Origin: an uncultured Dictyobacter sp.
GTDB taxonomy: Bacteria; Chloroflexota; Ktedonobacteria; Ktedonobacterales; Ktedonobacteraceae
Assembly (NCBI GenBank): GCA_964247965.1
Contig: CAXTXB010000003.1
Location: 231 to 44,947 of the forward strand
DNA length: 44,717 bases
Reading direction: 5' to 3'
Under the pieces are notes generated by a model that worked only from the letters and a program-made list of their open reading frames with translations, was not told the DNA's origin and made no database searches. This document shows positions 17,755 to 26,955 of the stretch, one piece after another (position 1 is the first letter of the stretch; each line of letters begins with the position of its first letter). A program made the translations under genes and the position numbers.

Positions 17755-18594
17755 ATGCCTGGAAAGACAAGTATCGAATGGACGGACGATTCATGGAATC
17801 CCGTTACTGGTTGCACGCAGGTATCACCTGGCTGTGATCATTGCTATGCGATGGTCCTCCATAACCATCGACATGAGATCTATAGCAAGAATGATGGATG
17901 CTGGACGCTTGGTGGGAAGCCAATGCCTCCCCAATACGCCAAGCCATTTTCGGAAATACAATTGTTTTCCAACCGACTCGATGCGCCACTTCATTGGCGT
18001 AAGCCTCGAAAGATATTCGTCAATAGTATGTCTGATCTGTTCCACAAAGATATACCTCTAGAGTTTATCATCCAGGTCTTCAGAACGATGAATGCCGCAC
18101 ACTGGCATACGTTCCAGGTGCTGACGAAACGTCCAAGTCGTGTAGCACTTCACGCTCATGAGCTGCCCTGGTCGAGCAATATTCTCCTCGGCACCTCGAT
18201 CGAAGATAACGCACAGGTTTGGCGTGCTGATAAGTTGCGCCAGGTCCACCAGAATCTTTTGATGGTCCATCAGAAGAGCGAAGCGCCTATCCTTCCCCGC
18301 CTGTTTATCAGTGCAGAGCCACTCCTTGGAGAACTGACTCATCTTCACCTTGAGAGCATTGCCTGGCTTATTGCCGGTGCTGAATCCGGAGATGGAGCTC
18401 GACGAATGGATGAAGACTGGGTGCGTTTTCTACGTGATCGATGCGTGGACGATGGGGTGGCCTTCTTCTATAAGCAAAATGCTACGTCTGGTGGTCACAA
18501 AATTCCAACACCAAAGCTTGATGGTCGTATCTGGACGCAGTTTCCTGTGATGGAAACCTTCGAATTCGAGACTCAAAAGGTGGTGCAGCAATGA
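17755..18594 (+). CDS. DUF5131 / phage Gp37-Gp68 family protein
   Basis: TSIEWTDDSWNPVTGCTQVSPGCDHCYA, IFVNSMSDLFH, HTFQVLTKRP, SAEPLL, AGAESG, FFYKQ. Confidence 0.93.
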   Translation: MPGKTSIEWTDDSWNPVTGCTQVSPGCDHCYAMVLHNHRHEIYSKNDGCWTLGGKPMPPQYAKPFSEIQLFSNRLDAPLHWRKPRKIFVNSMSDLFHKDIPLEFIIQVFRTMNAAHWHTFQVLTKRPSRVALHAHELPWSSNILLGTSIEDNAQVWRADKLRQVHQNLLMVHQKSEAPILPRLFISAEPLLGELTHLHLESIAWLIAGAESGDGARRMDEDWVRFLRDRCVDDGVAFFYKQNATSGGHKIPTPKLDGRIWTQFPVMETFEFETQKVVQQ

Positions 18595-18824
18595 CGCATG
18601 TTCATGGGTGGCAGGCAACAATCGCGATAGGCTGGCGTCAGTGTGCCGAATGCGGGTTGGTTGAGCGGCGTATGGATGGGCAGTGGCAAGAGGTGTCGCA
18701 GACAGCGGAAGAGATGGATTGGTATGGGTCGGAGTACGCGATACTGAATCAGAGCCATTCACCAAGCTATGTAGATGATCGGAAAGTGGAGCACGATCTA
18801 CCAGGATATTGGAGTCGGCCATGA
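18591..18824 (+). CDS. Small His/Cys protein
   Basis: HVHGW...CAEC; ATGA coupling. Confidence 0.5.
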   Translation: MTHVHGWQATIAIGWRQCAECGLVERRMDGQWQEVSQTAEEMDWYGSEYAILNQSHSPSYVDDRKVEHDLPGYWSRP

Positions 18825-19036
18825 AAATGTGCACGCACGGACCGGACTTTGAGCAGTATTGCCATGACTGCGAGACAGAATACTGCTGTGCTTGTCAAGA
18901 AATGATTCATGCAGCAACGTGTGCCATTCGAGCACTGCGGATAAAGCGCATAACTCCAGGTGTGACTGCATGCTCTGAAGGCGCTGTTCAGCAGAATGAT
19001 GGAGGGAGGAAAGAGAGAACAGAATGCCAGTTTTAA
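18821..19036 (+). CDS. Cys-rich microprotein
   Basis: CTH..CHDC..CCAC..H..C; ATGA coupling. Confidence 0.45.
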   Translation: MKMCTHGPDFEQYCHDCETEYCCACQEMIHAATCAIRALRIKRITPGVTACSEGAVQQNDGGRKERTECQF

Positions 19037-19168
19037 TAAGGATTTGTGGGAAATGTTATGCAGCTCTTTGGCGCTGTACGGTGTGTCGCCAGCATTTTTG
19101 TCTGTGGTGCGAAGCTACAAAGCACGTTGAGGAGTGCATCTCGAAACATGAGGAAGGGAGAAAGTGAG

Positions 19169-19375
19169 ATGGCAAAATTCCATATCTTCGCACAACGCGA
19201 AGTCGAGGAGATCGATCTGGTGAAGCGCGTCATCGATGGTGATGAGGATCTGGCGGATCAAGAGATCATGAACCTTGAGGACGAAGGGTATGAGATCTCA
19301 GATGTCCATGTCTATTATTCAGAGATAGTACAGCAGCAAACGACCCCGATGCGTCACCATCGAGGTCGCAAGTAG
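19169..19375 (+). CDS. Small acidic hypothetical protein
   Basis: MAKFHIF start with AAGGGAG RBS. Confidence 0.5.
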   Translation: MAKFHIFAQREVEEIDLVKRVIDGDEDLADQEIMNLEDEGYEISDVHVYYSEIVQQQTTPMRHHRGRK

Positions 19376-19450
19376 TGTTCGTAGCTCAGGTGAGATACAA
19401 ACGTGTCAACACCTCATTGTACCTCGCCTGGGCACTGGAAGGAAAGTGGT

Positions 19451-19630
19451 ATGGCACGTGATTACGTCCAGGAAGTAACAGGCAACCTTGAGCAGTGGCT
19501 CAAGGGGGACATCAGTGGAGAGGCATATGAGGCTGAGCGTGAGCGGATTGCGTCAACACTAGCTGATGGTTCAGTCATCGGCCAGGACGAGGAGGTGCGA
19601 GAACGAGAGGGACACTCTGTTGGTGTCTAG
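19451..19630 (+). CDS. Small acidic hypothetical protein
   Basis: MARDY start with AAGGA RBS. Confidence 0.45.
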   Translation: MARDYVQEVTGNLEQWLKGDISGEAYEAERERIASTLADGSVIGQDEEVREREGHSVGV

Positions 19631-19837
19631 GGGGGTAACAGCTTTGTTTGTTGCTCGTTGGTCACATCTGCACAACGAATGTCGTTGAGGTACATGGCAG
19701 ACGTACATGCGTACTGTTGCATCGAGATCTGGCTGAGGATTGAAACAGACAAGAGAGTGTGAAGCTATGGATGTCCGAAGTGCGCGAATTATGGTTTCTA
19801 TCGTTTTTCATTCATGAAAAGGAAAGAGAGAAGAAGT

Positions 19838-21103
19838 ATGGCAGATCAAGAAAAAACAAAGAAAAAAGGGGCAGGCTTGAATGTCGTCATTGCGCAAACC
19901 CATCGCCTTGGCGGCCAGTTAACAAGCCTGCAGATGACTTCAGGCAATCTGCTTGCTGTTGGGCTGAGTGCTTGCCAAATTACAGGAGGCGTCACCTGGC
20001 TTCTCGTGCTTGGGAAGATGGCCTGGTACGTGATCCCGTTTATTGGCATCTTGACGATGGGCCTGGCCATCGTGATTGAGCGTTTGAGTCTTGGTGGTCT
20101 CTCGATTGTGCGAGGAGCGTCTCGTCAGCTGAATGAACTCGAAGAGCAACATCACATGATGCTCTTGCATGAGAATCGTTCCGCAACAGAAATTGAGACG
20201 TATGAGTACAATCGCCGAAGTAAGAAGCTCAAAAAGAGCCGAGCCTGGTCTATTCCGATCATCATCCTCGGTGTCATTATTAGTGGATGCCTAGGCGATG
20301 TCATGTGGCATGAGGTGTTCGCCTCGACGGGTCCGGTCGTCTCCGTTCTTCTAAGCCTCTGCTGCGCCGTTCCCATTAGCCTCACGTTTGTTTTCTCCGA
20401 AATCTATAAGGATCTGAGCGACGATACGCTCAAAGAAACGATTTCGGACGATAGCATTCAGCAGGCCGTTCTCGAAGGAGCGGAGCGCGATATCCAGGTT
20501 TCCCTTGCGATGGAAGCATTCACGAATGTTCGGAGTGATCCAAAGAAGCATGCGGAAGCTATTGCGAAGATAGAAGGCGGACTGCTTCAACGATTAGAAG
20601 CATTCGCCACTCGTGCCTCACTCTCCGAGACGGAGCAAGCGGCAGTCGCTGGAGCGCCAGCGAATTCGATTCCTTTACCACAAGAAGCCGAGACAAAGCA
20701 AGTGGAGCGGGCGGAACGCAACCGGTGGAAGTCGAATAGCGAGAAATTCTTCATCTTCATGGACGCGAATTCAAAGGCGACTCTGGTGCAGATCATGACT
20801 GCATTCGGTGTCCAGCGGACGACCGCAAGCGAATGGCGGGCGAGATATCAAAACGCTATGCGGATGCAAGCTGGAGCTCAAACGGGACAACAGACAGGCC
20901 AGGGCGAAACGCAACCTGATCTGAATGAAGAGCGTCAAACTCCGGCCGAACTTCGATCGGAGCTGGATGAAGATTTCGACGCAGATCAGGAACCGACGAC
21001 TGATCATCTAGCAGATCCGACCGAAGATGATGAAGATCTTCTTTCTGAGTCCGGAGATGACGAGCAAGACAAGACCGTCGAAGGGGAATTCGTTGAAGTG
21101 TAG
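19838..21103 (+). CDS. Multi-pass membrane protein with C-terminal HTH and acidic tail (DUF2637/Spd-like architecture)
   Basis: About four hydrophobic segments, coiled coil, ATLVQIMTAFGVQRTTASEWR HTH-like motif. Confidence 0.65.
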   Translation: MADQEKTKKKGAGLNVVIAQTHRLGGQLTSLQMTSGNLLAVGLSACQITGGVTWLLVLGKMAWYVIPFIGILTMGLAIVIERLSLGGLSIVRGASRQLNELEEQHHMMLLHENRSATEIETYEYNRRSKKLKKSRAWSIPIIILGVIISGCLGDVMWHEVFASTGPVVSVLLSLCCAVPISLTFVFSEIYKDLSDDTLKETISDDSIQQAVLEGAERDIQVSLAMEAFTNVRSDPKKHAEAIAKIEGGLLQRLEAFATRASLSETEQAAVAGAPANSIPLPQEAETKQVERAERNRWKSNSEKFFIFMDANSKATLVQIMTAFGVQRTTASEWRARYQNAMRMQAGAQTGQQTGQGETQPDLNEERQTPAELRSELDEDFDADQEPTTDHLADPTEDDEDLLSESGDDEQDKTVEGEFVEV

Positions 21104-21115
21104 GAATAACGCACA

Positions 21116-21224
21116 CGGAGTGCTTGCTTGCTTCGTTTTGCATGCAGAAATTGAGCTTGAAAGGTGTCAAACGGAGTGTTTGCTTGCTTCGACCGAAGAA
21201 AAAGCGGAGTGCTTGCTTGCTTTG
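21116..21224. repeat. Three copies of CGGAGTGYTTGCTTGCTTYG
   Basis: Copies start at 21116, 21172 and 21205. Confidence 0.85.
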
Positions 21225-21245
21225 GTCGAAGGTTGATCAGGGAAT

Positions 21246-21494
21246 GTGGAGCGAGAAATGGAGCTATTCCAATGCAGCGAATGTGGCAAAGATATCACTC
21301 CGGATATGCCCTATCACGTCGTGGACGGAGCGAAGCTCTGCAATATGGATGTGAAACGGCTGTTGGCCGCAAAGAGCTCACTCCTGCGAACTGTCGGCTG
21401 TCGGACGGATGGATGCTGGAGCCCTGCGACGGAGTTCGATAGCCAGAGGCTTCTATTCACCTGTGAGAGGCATAAGGAAGGAGGTATTCGGTGA
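21246..21494 (+). CDS. Zn-finger protein, paralogue of 7469-7903
   Basis: CSEC..ITPDMPYHV; 26-bp nucleotide identity with 7715-7740. Confidence 0.7.
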   Translation: MEREMELFQCSECGKDITPDMPYHVVDGAKLCNMDVKRLLAAKSSLLRTVGCRTDGCWSPATEFDSQRLLFTCERHKEGGIR

Positions 21495-21694
21495 AGGTAT
21501 TCGGTTGGAAGCTTGGAAGGCAACCGGAGCCGTGTGAGTATACGTTTGTTTCTGATGCGCGTTGTCAGAAGCGGCCGGCGAAGTCCGTTTGTGTCGCTTG
21601 TCATGTCCGTTTGTGTTCGGGTTGCACATACATGAAGACGCTTGGAAGTCGTAAGGAGCCGTATTGTTTGCATTGTTTTCTATGGTACGCGTAG
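21491..21694 (+). CDS. B-box/AN1-like Zn-finger microprotein
   Basis: C..C..CVAC...LCSGC...YCLHC. Confidence 0.6.
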   Translation: MKVFGWKLGRQPEPCEYTFVSDARCQKRPAKSVCVACHVRLCSGCTYMKTLGSRKEPYCLHCFLWYA

Positions 21695-21797
21695 GAGTTC
21701 GGCTAGTCAGCGATTTCAGCGTTGGCTAGCCTCGACCAACATTCGGGGAGGTCTTCGAACATGGATATGATACGACATTTGGGCAAGGGAGGGCAGA

Positions 21798-22547
21798 ATG
21801 GGCGCTGAGATTCTTCAGTGGGTGATAGGCGTTGTGGCAACGGGGTCCGTTGTCGCTGGCACAATAAAAACGATGATGACGCCATCGAACACGAATGGTG
21901 AAGGTGTTTCGCTTCCGTATCCGATCTCTTGTTCATTTTGTTCGGCTGGTGCGATTGGTCATGATGATCGTGGGCGTTGCGTATGCGAACGACATAGTGT
22001 TCGTATCGTTGAGGCGAACACGCCAGAAGCGAAACAGCCGAAGATGATCCCACAGCCACAACGACAAGCACGTCGTCTTCCCGCTCAATCAACTCGCACT
22101 GCACAGATGGTTGTTGATCCGCACGATGCAGAGACACTGAGAGAGCGACCACATCAGGTATTACAGCAAACGCAGAAGGGATACTCTTCACAAGACCTAC
22201 TGACAGAGCTGGCAGAGGAATATGGGGAAGGGTACGTCGATGAGGGTGAGTACGAGGGAGAGCTTTGCGTCCATGAATCTATTCCAGGTGACTGTCAGGC
22301 TTGCTATGACGAGGAAGAGCAGCGTCGACGAGAACTTGCACGTACGCAACGACAGAGACAGCGGGTCGTGGAGTCACGTCAACAGGTACGGCAGCCGCAG
22401 CGAGTACAACAGGGTTGGCAAGAGCAACGTCCAGTGCAATCACAGCGTCCCCAACAACGTCCAGCGCAACCTCGACGCTCTGCGCCACAGGATGAAGGGC
22501 GTGCCAATCATAGTGCGAAGCTGGTTCCACAACGAAGGAGGGACTAA
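21798..22547 (+). CDS. Membrane-anchored protein with Zn-finger and Q/R-rich tail
   Basis: N-terminal TM, CSFC..CERH, low-complexity C-terminus. Confidence 0.6.
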   Translation: MGAEILQWVIGVVATGSVVAGTIKTMMTPSNTNGEGVSLPYPISCSFCSAGAIGHDDRGRCVCERHSVRIVEANTPEAKQPKMIPQPQRQARRLPAQSTRTAQMVVDPHDAETLRERPHQVLQQTQKGYSSQDLLTELAEEYGEGYVDEGEYEGELCVHESIPGDCQACYDEEEQRRRELARTQRQRQRVVESRQQVRQPQRVQQGWQEQRPVQSQRPQQRPAQPRRSAPQDEGRANHSAKLVPQRRRD

Positions 22548-22548
22548 C

Positions 22549-22755
22549 ATGAACATCTTTAATTCTCTCAAGCATTTTGTTGGCGAGGTGTTAGTTGATG
22601 CATACATCTTGGAAGCTATTCAGGACCTTGAGGCTTCAGAGCGTGAGGCTTCTGTGGAGGCTATACAATCGTGGATTCTGAACGCACATGACGTGAACAT
22701 GCCGATTGGCGCTATTAAGCGATATATCGCAAAGAAAGAGCAGGAGAAGCTATGA
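22549..22755 (+). CDS. Small helical hypothetical protein
   Basis: AAGGAGG RBS. Confidence 0.55.
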   Translation: MNIFNSLKHFVGEVLVDAYILEAIQDLEASEREASVEAIQSWILNAHDVNMPIGAIKRYIAKKEQEKL

Positions 22756-23069
22756 GCGAACAGGCAAAACAATCATTCATTCAGGAATTTACTGTTGAGA
22801 TCGAGGGATATACCGTCAACATCAAAATCAAGAACGATTTTAAACGGTGTCTTCAGTCCTGGGAGTTGCGTTCTCAGCAGTGCCCGATAGCAGTTTATGA
22901 AGAGGTTATGGAGGACGAGGATACCTACACAGTAGGTCGTGATGGGGTTTGGTTTGTTACGCGTGCTCGATTCTCTTTCGCACACAATCCTGTGTGTCCG
23001 ACGATTGAAGTCGAGAGCGAAGAGGGCCGGGAGGATCGCTTAGAGCGTGAGTTGCAGGGGGAGGAGTAA
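22752..23069 (+). CDS. Hypothetical acidic protein
   Basis: ATGA coupling; resembles the C-half of 11868-12467. Confidence 0.6.
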   Translation: MSEQAKQSFIQEFTVEIEGYTVNIKIKNDFKRCLQSWELRSQQCPIAVYEEVMEDEDTYTVGRDGVWFVTRARFSFAHNPVCPTIEVESEEGREDRLERELQGEE

Positions 23070-23370
23070 TGCATCTTGATATTCCTTCGTTCTACCTGTT
23101 TCTAGCTATTCTATGCCCTACATTTGCTATTGTGTTTGGTGTCGCTACGCGCAAGATGAGCAATAATCGTCGTCCCTGGACTGAGAAATATTATTCCGAC
23201 AAAAAGTAGGCTGGTATGAAACGTACGGAGAGCGGGTATATACCGCTCAACGCCTGTAGGGAATGTGGCGGGCGGGCAACCTACCCGCTTGTGAATTGTT
23301 GCTTGAGATGTGCCGAGCGCCTGGCGCGAAGAATCCGGCGCTGGCGCAAAATTTACGGCTCGGAGCAGAT

Positions 23371-23643
23371 ATGAGAGAAAGAAAATACTTCACATTCGGA
23401 GAGGTGCGTGAGCTGGTGGCGTGGGCGAAAGAGAATGAGCATGCGCCTCGCCTTCCAAATACGACGCACCCGACGATAAAGGCGCAGTATCTCTTGCAGG
23501 CTGGACTTTGTGATTATGACTTTGATATCAATTATGATCCGTTTGCACAAGCGTATATGGCAGTTTTTGATGGTTCTGGCGTGCAAGAGGTTGCGGAAAA
23601 TGTGTATCGTATTCTGTACGGTGGATCATCCAGAGGGAGATAG
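23371..23643 (+). CDS. Hypothetical protein, paralogue of 25888-26343
   Basis: MRERKYF...LLQAGLCDYDFD.NYDPFAQAYMAVF shared. Confidence 0.7.
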   Translation: MRERKYFTFGEVRELVAWAKENEHAPRLPNTTHPTIKAQYLLQAGLCDYDFDINYDPFAQAYMAVFDGSGVQEVAENVYRILYGGSSRGR

Positions 23644-23753
23644 AGAGTTATGAAGTGTGGTCATACTGAAAACATGGCTATTCGGAATAATGCGTGGAAT
23701 TTATCCTCTCATGAACGCTGAGGCAGAAGGCTTACAATGGGGAGAAGCAGCCA

Positions 23754-24344
23754 GTGAATACATTGTTTGATCTACAAGGTGCACCGCTTGACACTTCAAA
23801 TGAGTGGTATACGCCAGCTCAATATGTTGAGGCTGCGCGTGAGGTGATGGGAGAAATTGAGCTGGACCCGGCAAGTTGTGCTGCCGCTAACCAAGTTATT
23901 AAAGCACCTCGCTACTACACGCAAGAGCAAAACGGTCTTGTGCAGAGTTGGGCATGCTGCAGCATGTGGCTTAACCCGCCCTTTGGAAGCACGAATGGAA
24001 AAAGCAATATGGCGATGTGGACAGCGAAGCTCATAGAAGAGTATGGCGTTGGCAGAGTGAAACAGGCAATTCTTCTTTGCATGGCAAATACGGAAGCATC
24101 ATGGTTCGAGCCACTTTGGAGCTATCCCATTTGTTTTCCTTGTCCTCGTGTTCTCTTTCATCGTCCAGGCGGGAAAATGGATCACCATATTCAAGGAACC
24201 TGTTTTGTGTACTTTGGAGCAGAGACACAAACATTTGTAACAGCATTCAAGAAATTTGGTCCGGTTGTCACTCCTGATGGCGTTCATCGAACCGCCTTCC
24301 CTGCATCGCAATTGTCACTTTTAACGATGGAGACAGCATCATGA
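23754..24344 (+). CDS. Phage-type DNA N6-adenine methyltransferase (Dam-like), IS passenger
   Basis: NEWYTP, IELDPAS, NGL..SW, WLNPPF, TEASWF, RVLF. Confidence 0.88.
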   Translation: MNTLFDLQGAPLDTSNEWYTPAQYVEAAREVMGEIELDPASCAAANQVIKAPRYYTQEQNGLVQSWACCSMWLNPPFGSTNGKSNMAMWTAKLIEEYGVGRVKQAILLCMANTEASWFEPLWSYPICFPCPRVLFHRPGGKMDHHIQGTCFVYFGAETQTFVTAFKKFGPVVTPDGVHRTAFPASQLSLLTMETAS

Positions 24345-25543
24345 TGGTGGCTTCCGTAGGGAGGGCGAGTGATTCGCTGCAGCCCGCCGGTCTGCAAGAC
24401 TTTTGCCCTCAACACATCGAAACTGTAGCCTCTTCCCATGCGCTGAGTCAGCTTCATCATTCCGTTGAGGCTTTCCGTGTAGCCAGCAGTAAAACGATAG
24501 TTAAAGTAGTTAAAGATGGCGTCTCCATAGGTTTCGATGGTCAACGTAAAGGGGATGAATGCATCAGTCACATCGGGCGTGATTTGTGCGAACCATGCAA
24601 AGTAGCGTTGCAAAGCATCTTCTTCTGTCAATGCTTCATAAATGGCGTAAAAGCCTTCTTTGAGACGATAGGCGGTCTCCAAACGTGGGAAGTTCTTGAG
24701 CCACACCTCAAGGATCAAAGTTTCTCGCTCATTGAGGTCATGAGGACGCTTGAGCAAAAGAAATCGGTCATGCATCAAGGTTTTCCGCTCTTTGTCAGTC
24801 AGACTCTTTCGTATCTGCTTGCGAACCGTTTCCAAGCAGCCGGAAAGCAGCTTCAGGACGTGGAATTTATCTACGACCAATGTTGCATGGGGCAAGGCCA
24901 GATGGACGGCGCTATGGTACGACGCCCACATATCAGTACAGACAACCTGAATATGCTCTTTCATAGTATCGGGCAAGTTTTGCAAGTAGGCGAGAACGGT
25001 TGGTTTCTGTCTATCTCGAAGCAGATCAATGATGTGTCGGTGCTCAACGTCAGTGATGACGCAACGGTATTGATTGAGCAGATACAGCTCGTCAATCCCG
25101 ATGCAGATAGTCTTCACGCTAGTAGCGATGTCGAGATGCTTGATAGACTCGTGAAAGATGAGCCGGACAAGCTTCTCATCAATGCCGATGTCGTAGGCGA
25201 TACTCGTAAATGTTCTTCTCAGTGCCTCTTGAGCGATGTAAAGCACCAAGCGATTTGTCATCATATGATGCTCGTTCATCTCCGAGAGTGGTTCAAAAAA
25301 GGTTTTGTAACAGTCTCGGCAGCGGTACCGTTTTCTGATGACCAGGATGCCCGCTCTTTTTCCTCGAATTGGACTATCCATAAAGAGTTGCCGCTTGATC
25401 TCATGACGATAGAGTCTGAAGCTGGCACAATGTGGGCAGCACAAAGTAGCCGGTTCGTGCTCGGCTATGATGTGGCAGTCGTGTTCGTGCTCAGTAACGG
25501 ACAGGATACGCCAATGGGACCAGCCAAGAATATTCAAAGGCAA
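24284..25543 (-). CDS. ISL3 family transposase
   Basis: CPHC..RYRCRDC zinc finger, IGIDE, VCTDM, VVDKFHV, TESLNG..K..R.GRGYSF. Confidence 0.95.
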   Translation of the reverse strand: MPLNILGWSHWRILSVTEHEHDCHIIAEHEPATLCCPHCASFRLYRHEIKRQLFMDSPIRGKRAGILVIRKRYRCRDCYKTFFEPLSEMNEHHMMTNRLVLYIAQEALRRTFTSIAYDIGIDEKLVRLIFHESIKHLDIATSVKTICIGIDELYLLNQYRCVITDVEHRHIIDLLRDRQKPTVLAYLQNLPDTMKEHIQVVCTDMWASYHSAVHLALPHATLVVDKFHVLKLLSGCLETVRKQIRKSLTDKERKTLMHDRFLLLKRPHDLNERETLILEVWLKNFPRLETAYRLKEGFYAIYEALTEEDALQRYFAWFAQITPDVTDAFIPFTLTIETYGDAIFNYFNYRFTAGYTESLNGMMKLTQRMGRGYSFDVLRAKVLQTGGLQRITRPPYGSHHHDAVSIVKSDNCDAGKAVR

Positions 25544-25887
25544 CTCTCACCGTTCAGATTATTACCCAAGAAATTCTATGTAAGGGGCGTAAATGTGGTA
25601 GCAAGGGAGGGACGATTACTACGGGTGCATTCCACGCACTTTTCCGATTTTACACTGTTGTCCACTGTAGTGCGTTTCCACGTAGTTTTCCGAATAGCCG
25701 AAAACATTTGGGTTTGCCCTGTTGAGGCCGTGAACGCATGCGAGTTGTGTAGACGGAAGCTTTGCAGGAATCACACGAATCTTGATACATTGCATCACTG
25801 GTATCTGTGCAAAGAATGTTACATTACAAGCCTAAAATTCCAGGAAAGGATGTATAAGGTTGAGCTAGAGAGATTGAAGGGGATGCA

Positions 25888-26343
25888 ATGAGGGAAAGAA
25901 AGTACTTCTCACTCGAAGAGGTGTACAATCTCGTTTTGTGGGCAAAAAATAACGAATATGCGCCGCGTGTATCAGATAGTACGCACCCCACAATATACGC
26001 GCAGTTCTTGTTGCAGGCTGGCCTCTGTGATTATGACTTTGATGTCAATTATGATCCATTTGCGCAGGCATATATGGCAGTGTTTGCCGGTGCCAGCGTG
26101 CGTGACGTTGCGAAAAATGTATATTGTGTGATGTATGCAAGGAAGAAGATTAGTCCTTATGCGGTAAGGATCGAGCCCTGGTATCCTTGCAAAACGTGTG
26201 ATCAGACGTCTAGGTGGCGTGTGAACACAGTGGGTATTGACGGCGAGGGCGTTGATTTATGTGAAAGACATGTTGCTGAGGTGCTAAGGCAGCCTGGAAA
26301 TGAGCGGCTGCTTGAGCAGGCGAGGCTGAAGGTGACGAAATGA
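25888..26343 (+). CDS. Paralogue of 23371-23643 with an added C-terminal Zn-finger
   Basis: Shared N-domain plus CKTC...LCERH. Confidence 0.7.
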   Translation: MRERKYFSLEEVYNLVLWAKNNEYAPRVSDSTHPTIYAQFLLQAGLCDYDFDVNYDPFAQAYMAVFAGASVRDVAKNVYCVMYARKKISPYAVRIEPWYPCKTCDQTSRWRVNTVGIDGEGVDLCERHVAEVLRQPGNERLLEQARLKVTK

Positions 26344-26443
26344 ATGGTAGGACTTCACTATTGTAGATCATGCCTTTTCGCTCTAGAGAAGCATAAGGAC
26401 TCGTGGTAGCAGGAAGGCTAGATGAGAAAGTTGGGGCAATGAA

Positions 26444-26755
26444 TTGAAAGTACAATCGCTAGAGGAGTGCCTTGTTGATCCTGAACTTGTGCAGCATGTG
26501 TCTGTATTAAGTCCTCAAGAGAGGATGGTCTATTACTACCTCAGCATTCCCGTCAGATATACAGAATTTACGATGGACGAGCTCAAGCAGCATATCGCTC
26601 ACCTCTCAATGAAGTCGCGGCAAGTTTGTGTGTTGTGGAAGATATCTACCTTGTTTCCTGGTATTTATCCTTGTCACTGCGACCGCGACGGCCACTTCTG
26701 GACGTACAGTACTCCAGCTCTATTCAAGTTTGTAAAGTATGTTTTCCCATATTAG
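26444..26755 (+). CDS. Hypothetical protein
   Basis: 103-aa ORF in operon direction. Confidence 0.45.
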   Translation: MKVQSLEECLVDPELVQHVSVLSPQERMVYYYLSIPVRYTEFTMDELKQHIAHLSMKSRQVCVLWKISTLFPGIYPCHCDRDGHFWTYSTPALFKFVKYVFPY

Positions 26756-26955
26756 TGGGGAGTAAGTGATAGTTATGAGCGGCCAAGTTTGCTTTGCAGA
26801 ACTTGCAGACTTGGCCGATAAAATGTCCGTATTGTGGCCGTGGCGATCAGGCGCTTACTATGCAAGTTGTACATGAGTCTAGTATGCGGAGAACTGTCTG
26901 GCGCACGCATTGCTGTACAAGATTGTTAAGTGATTCATAGAGGGAGGAAAAGGCT

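Larger units (their letters stand above)
23676..25699 (-). mobile_element. ISL3-family element with a passenger methyltransferase
   Basis: IRs GGCTATTCGGAATAATGCGTGGAA (23676) and GGCTATTCGGAAAACTACGTGGAA (reverse complement ending 25699); 8-bp duplication GAAAACAT at 23668-23675 and 25700-25707. Confidence 0.92.
23650..25891 (+). pseudogene. Zn-finger microprotein gene interrupted by ISL3
   Basis: Removing the IS and one TSD copy restores MKCGHTENIWVCPVEAVNACELCRRKLCRNH...LCKEC...GMQ. Confidence 0.8.

Noticed and set aside
21116-21224. Mini-CRISPR array
   Set aside because: Repeats are only 20 bp, spacers are unequal (36 and 13 bp), and no cas genes are present; kept as a plain repeat
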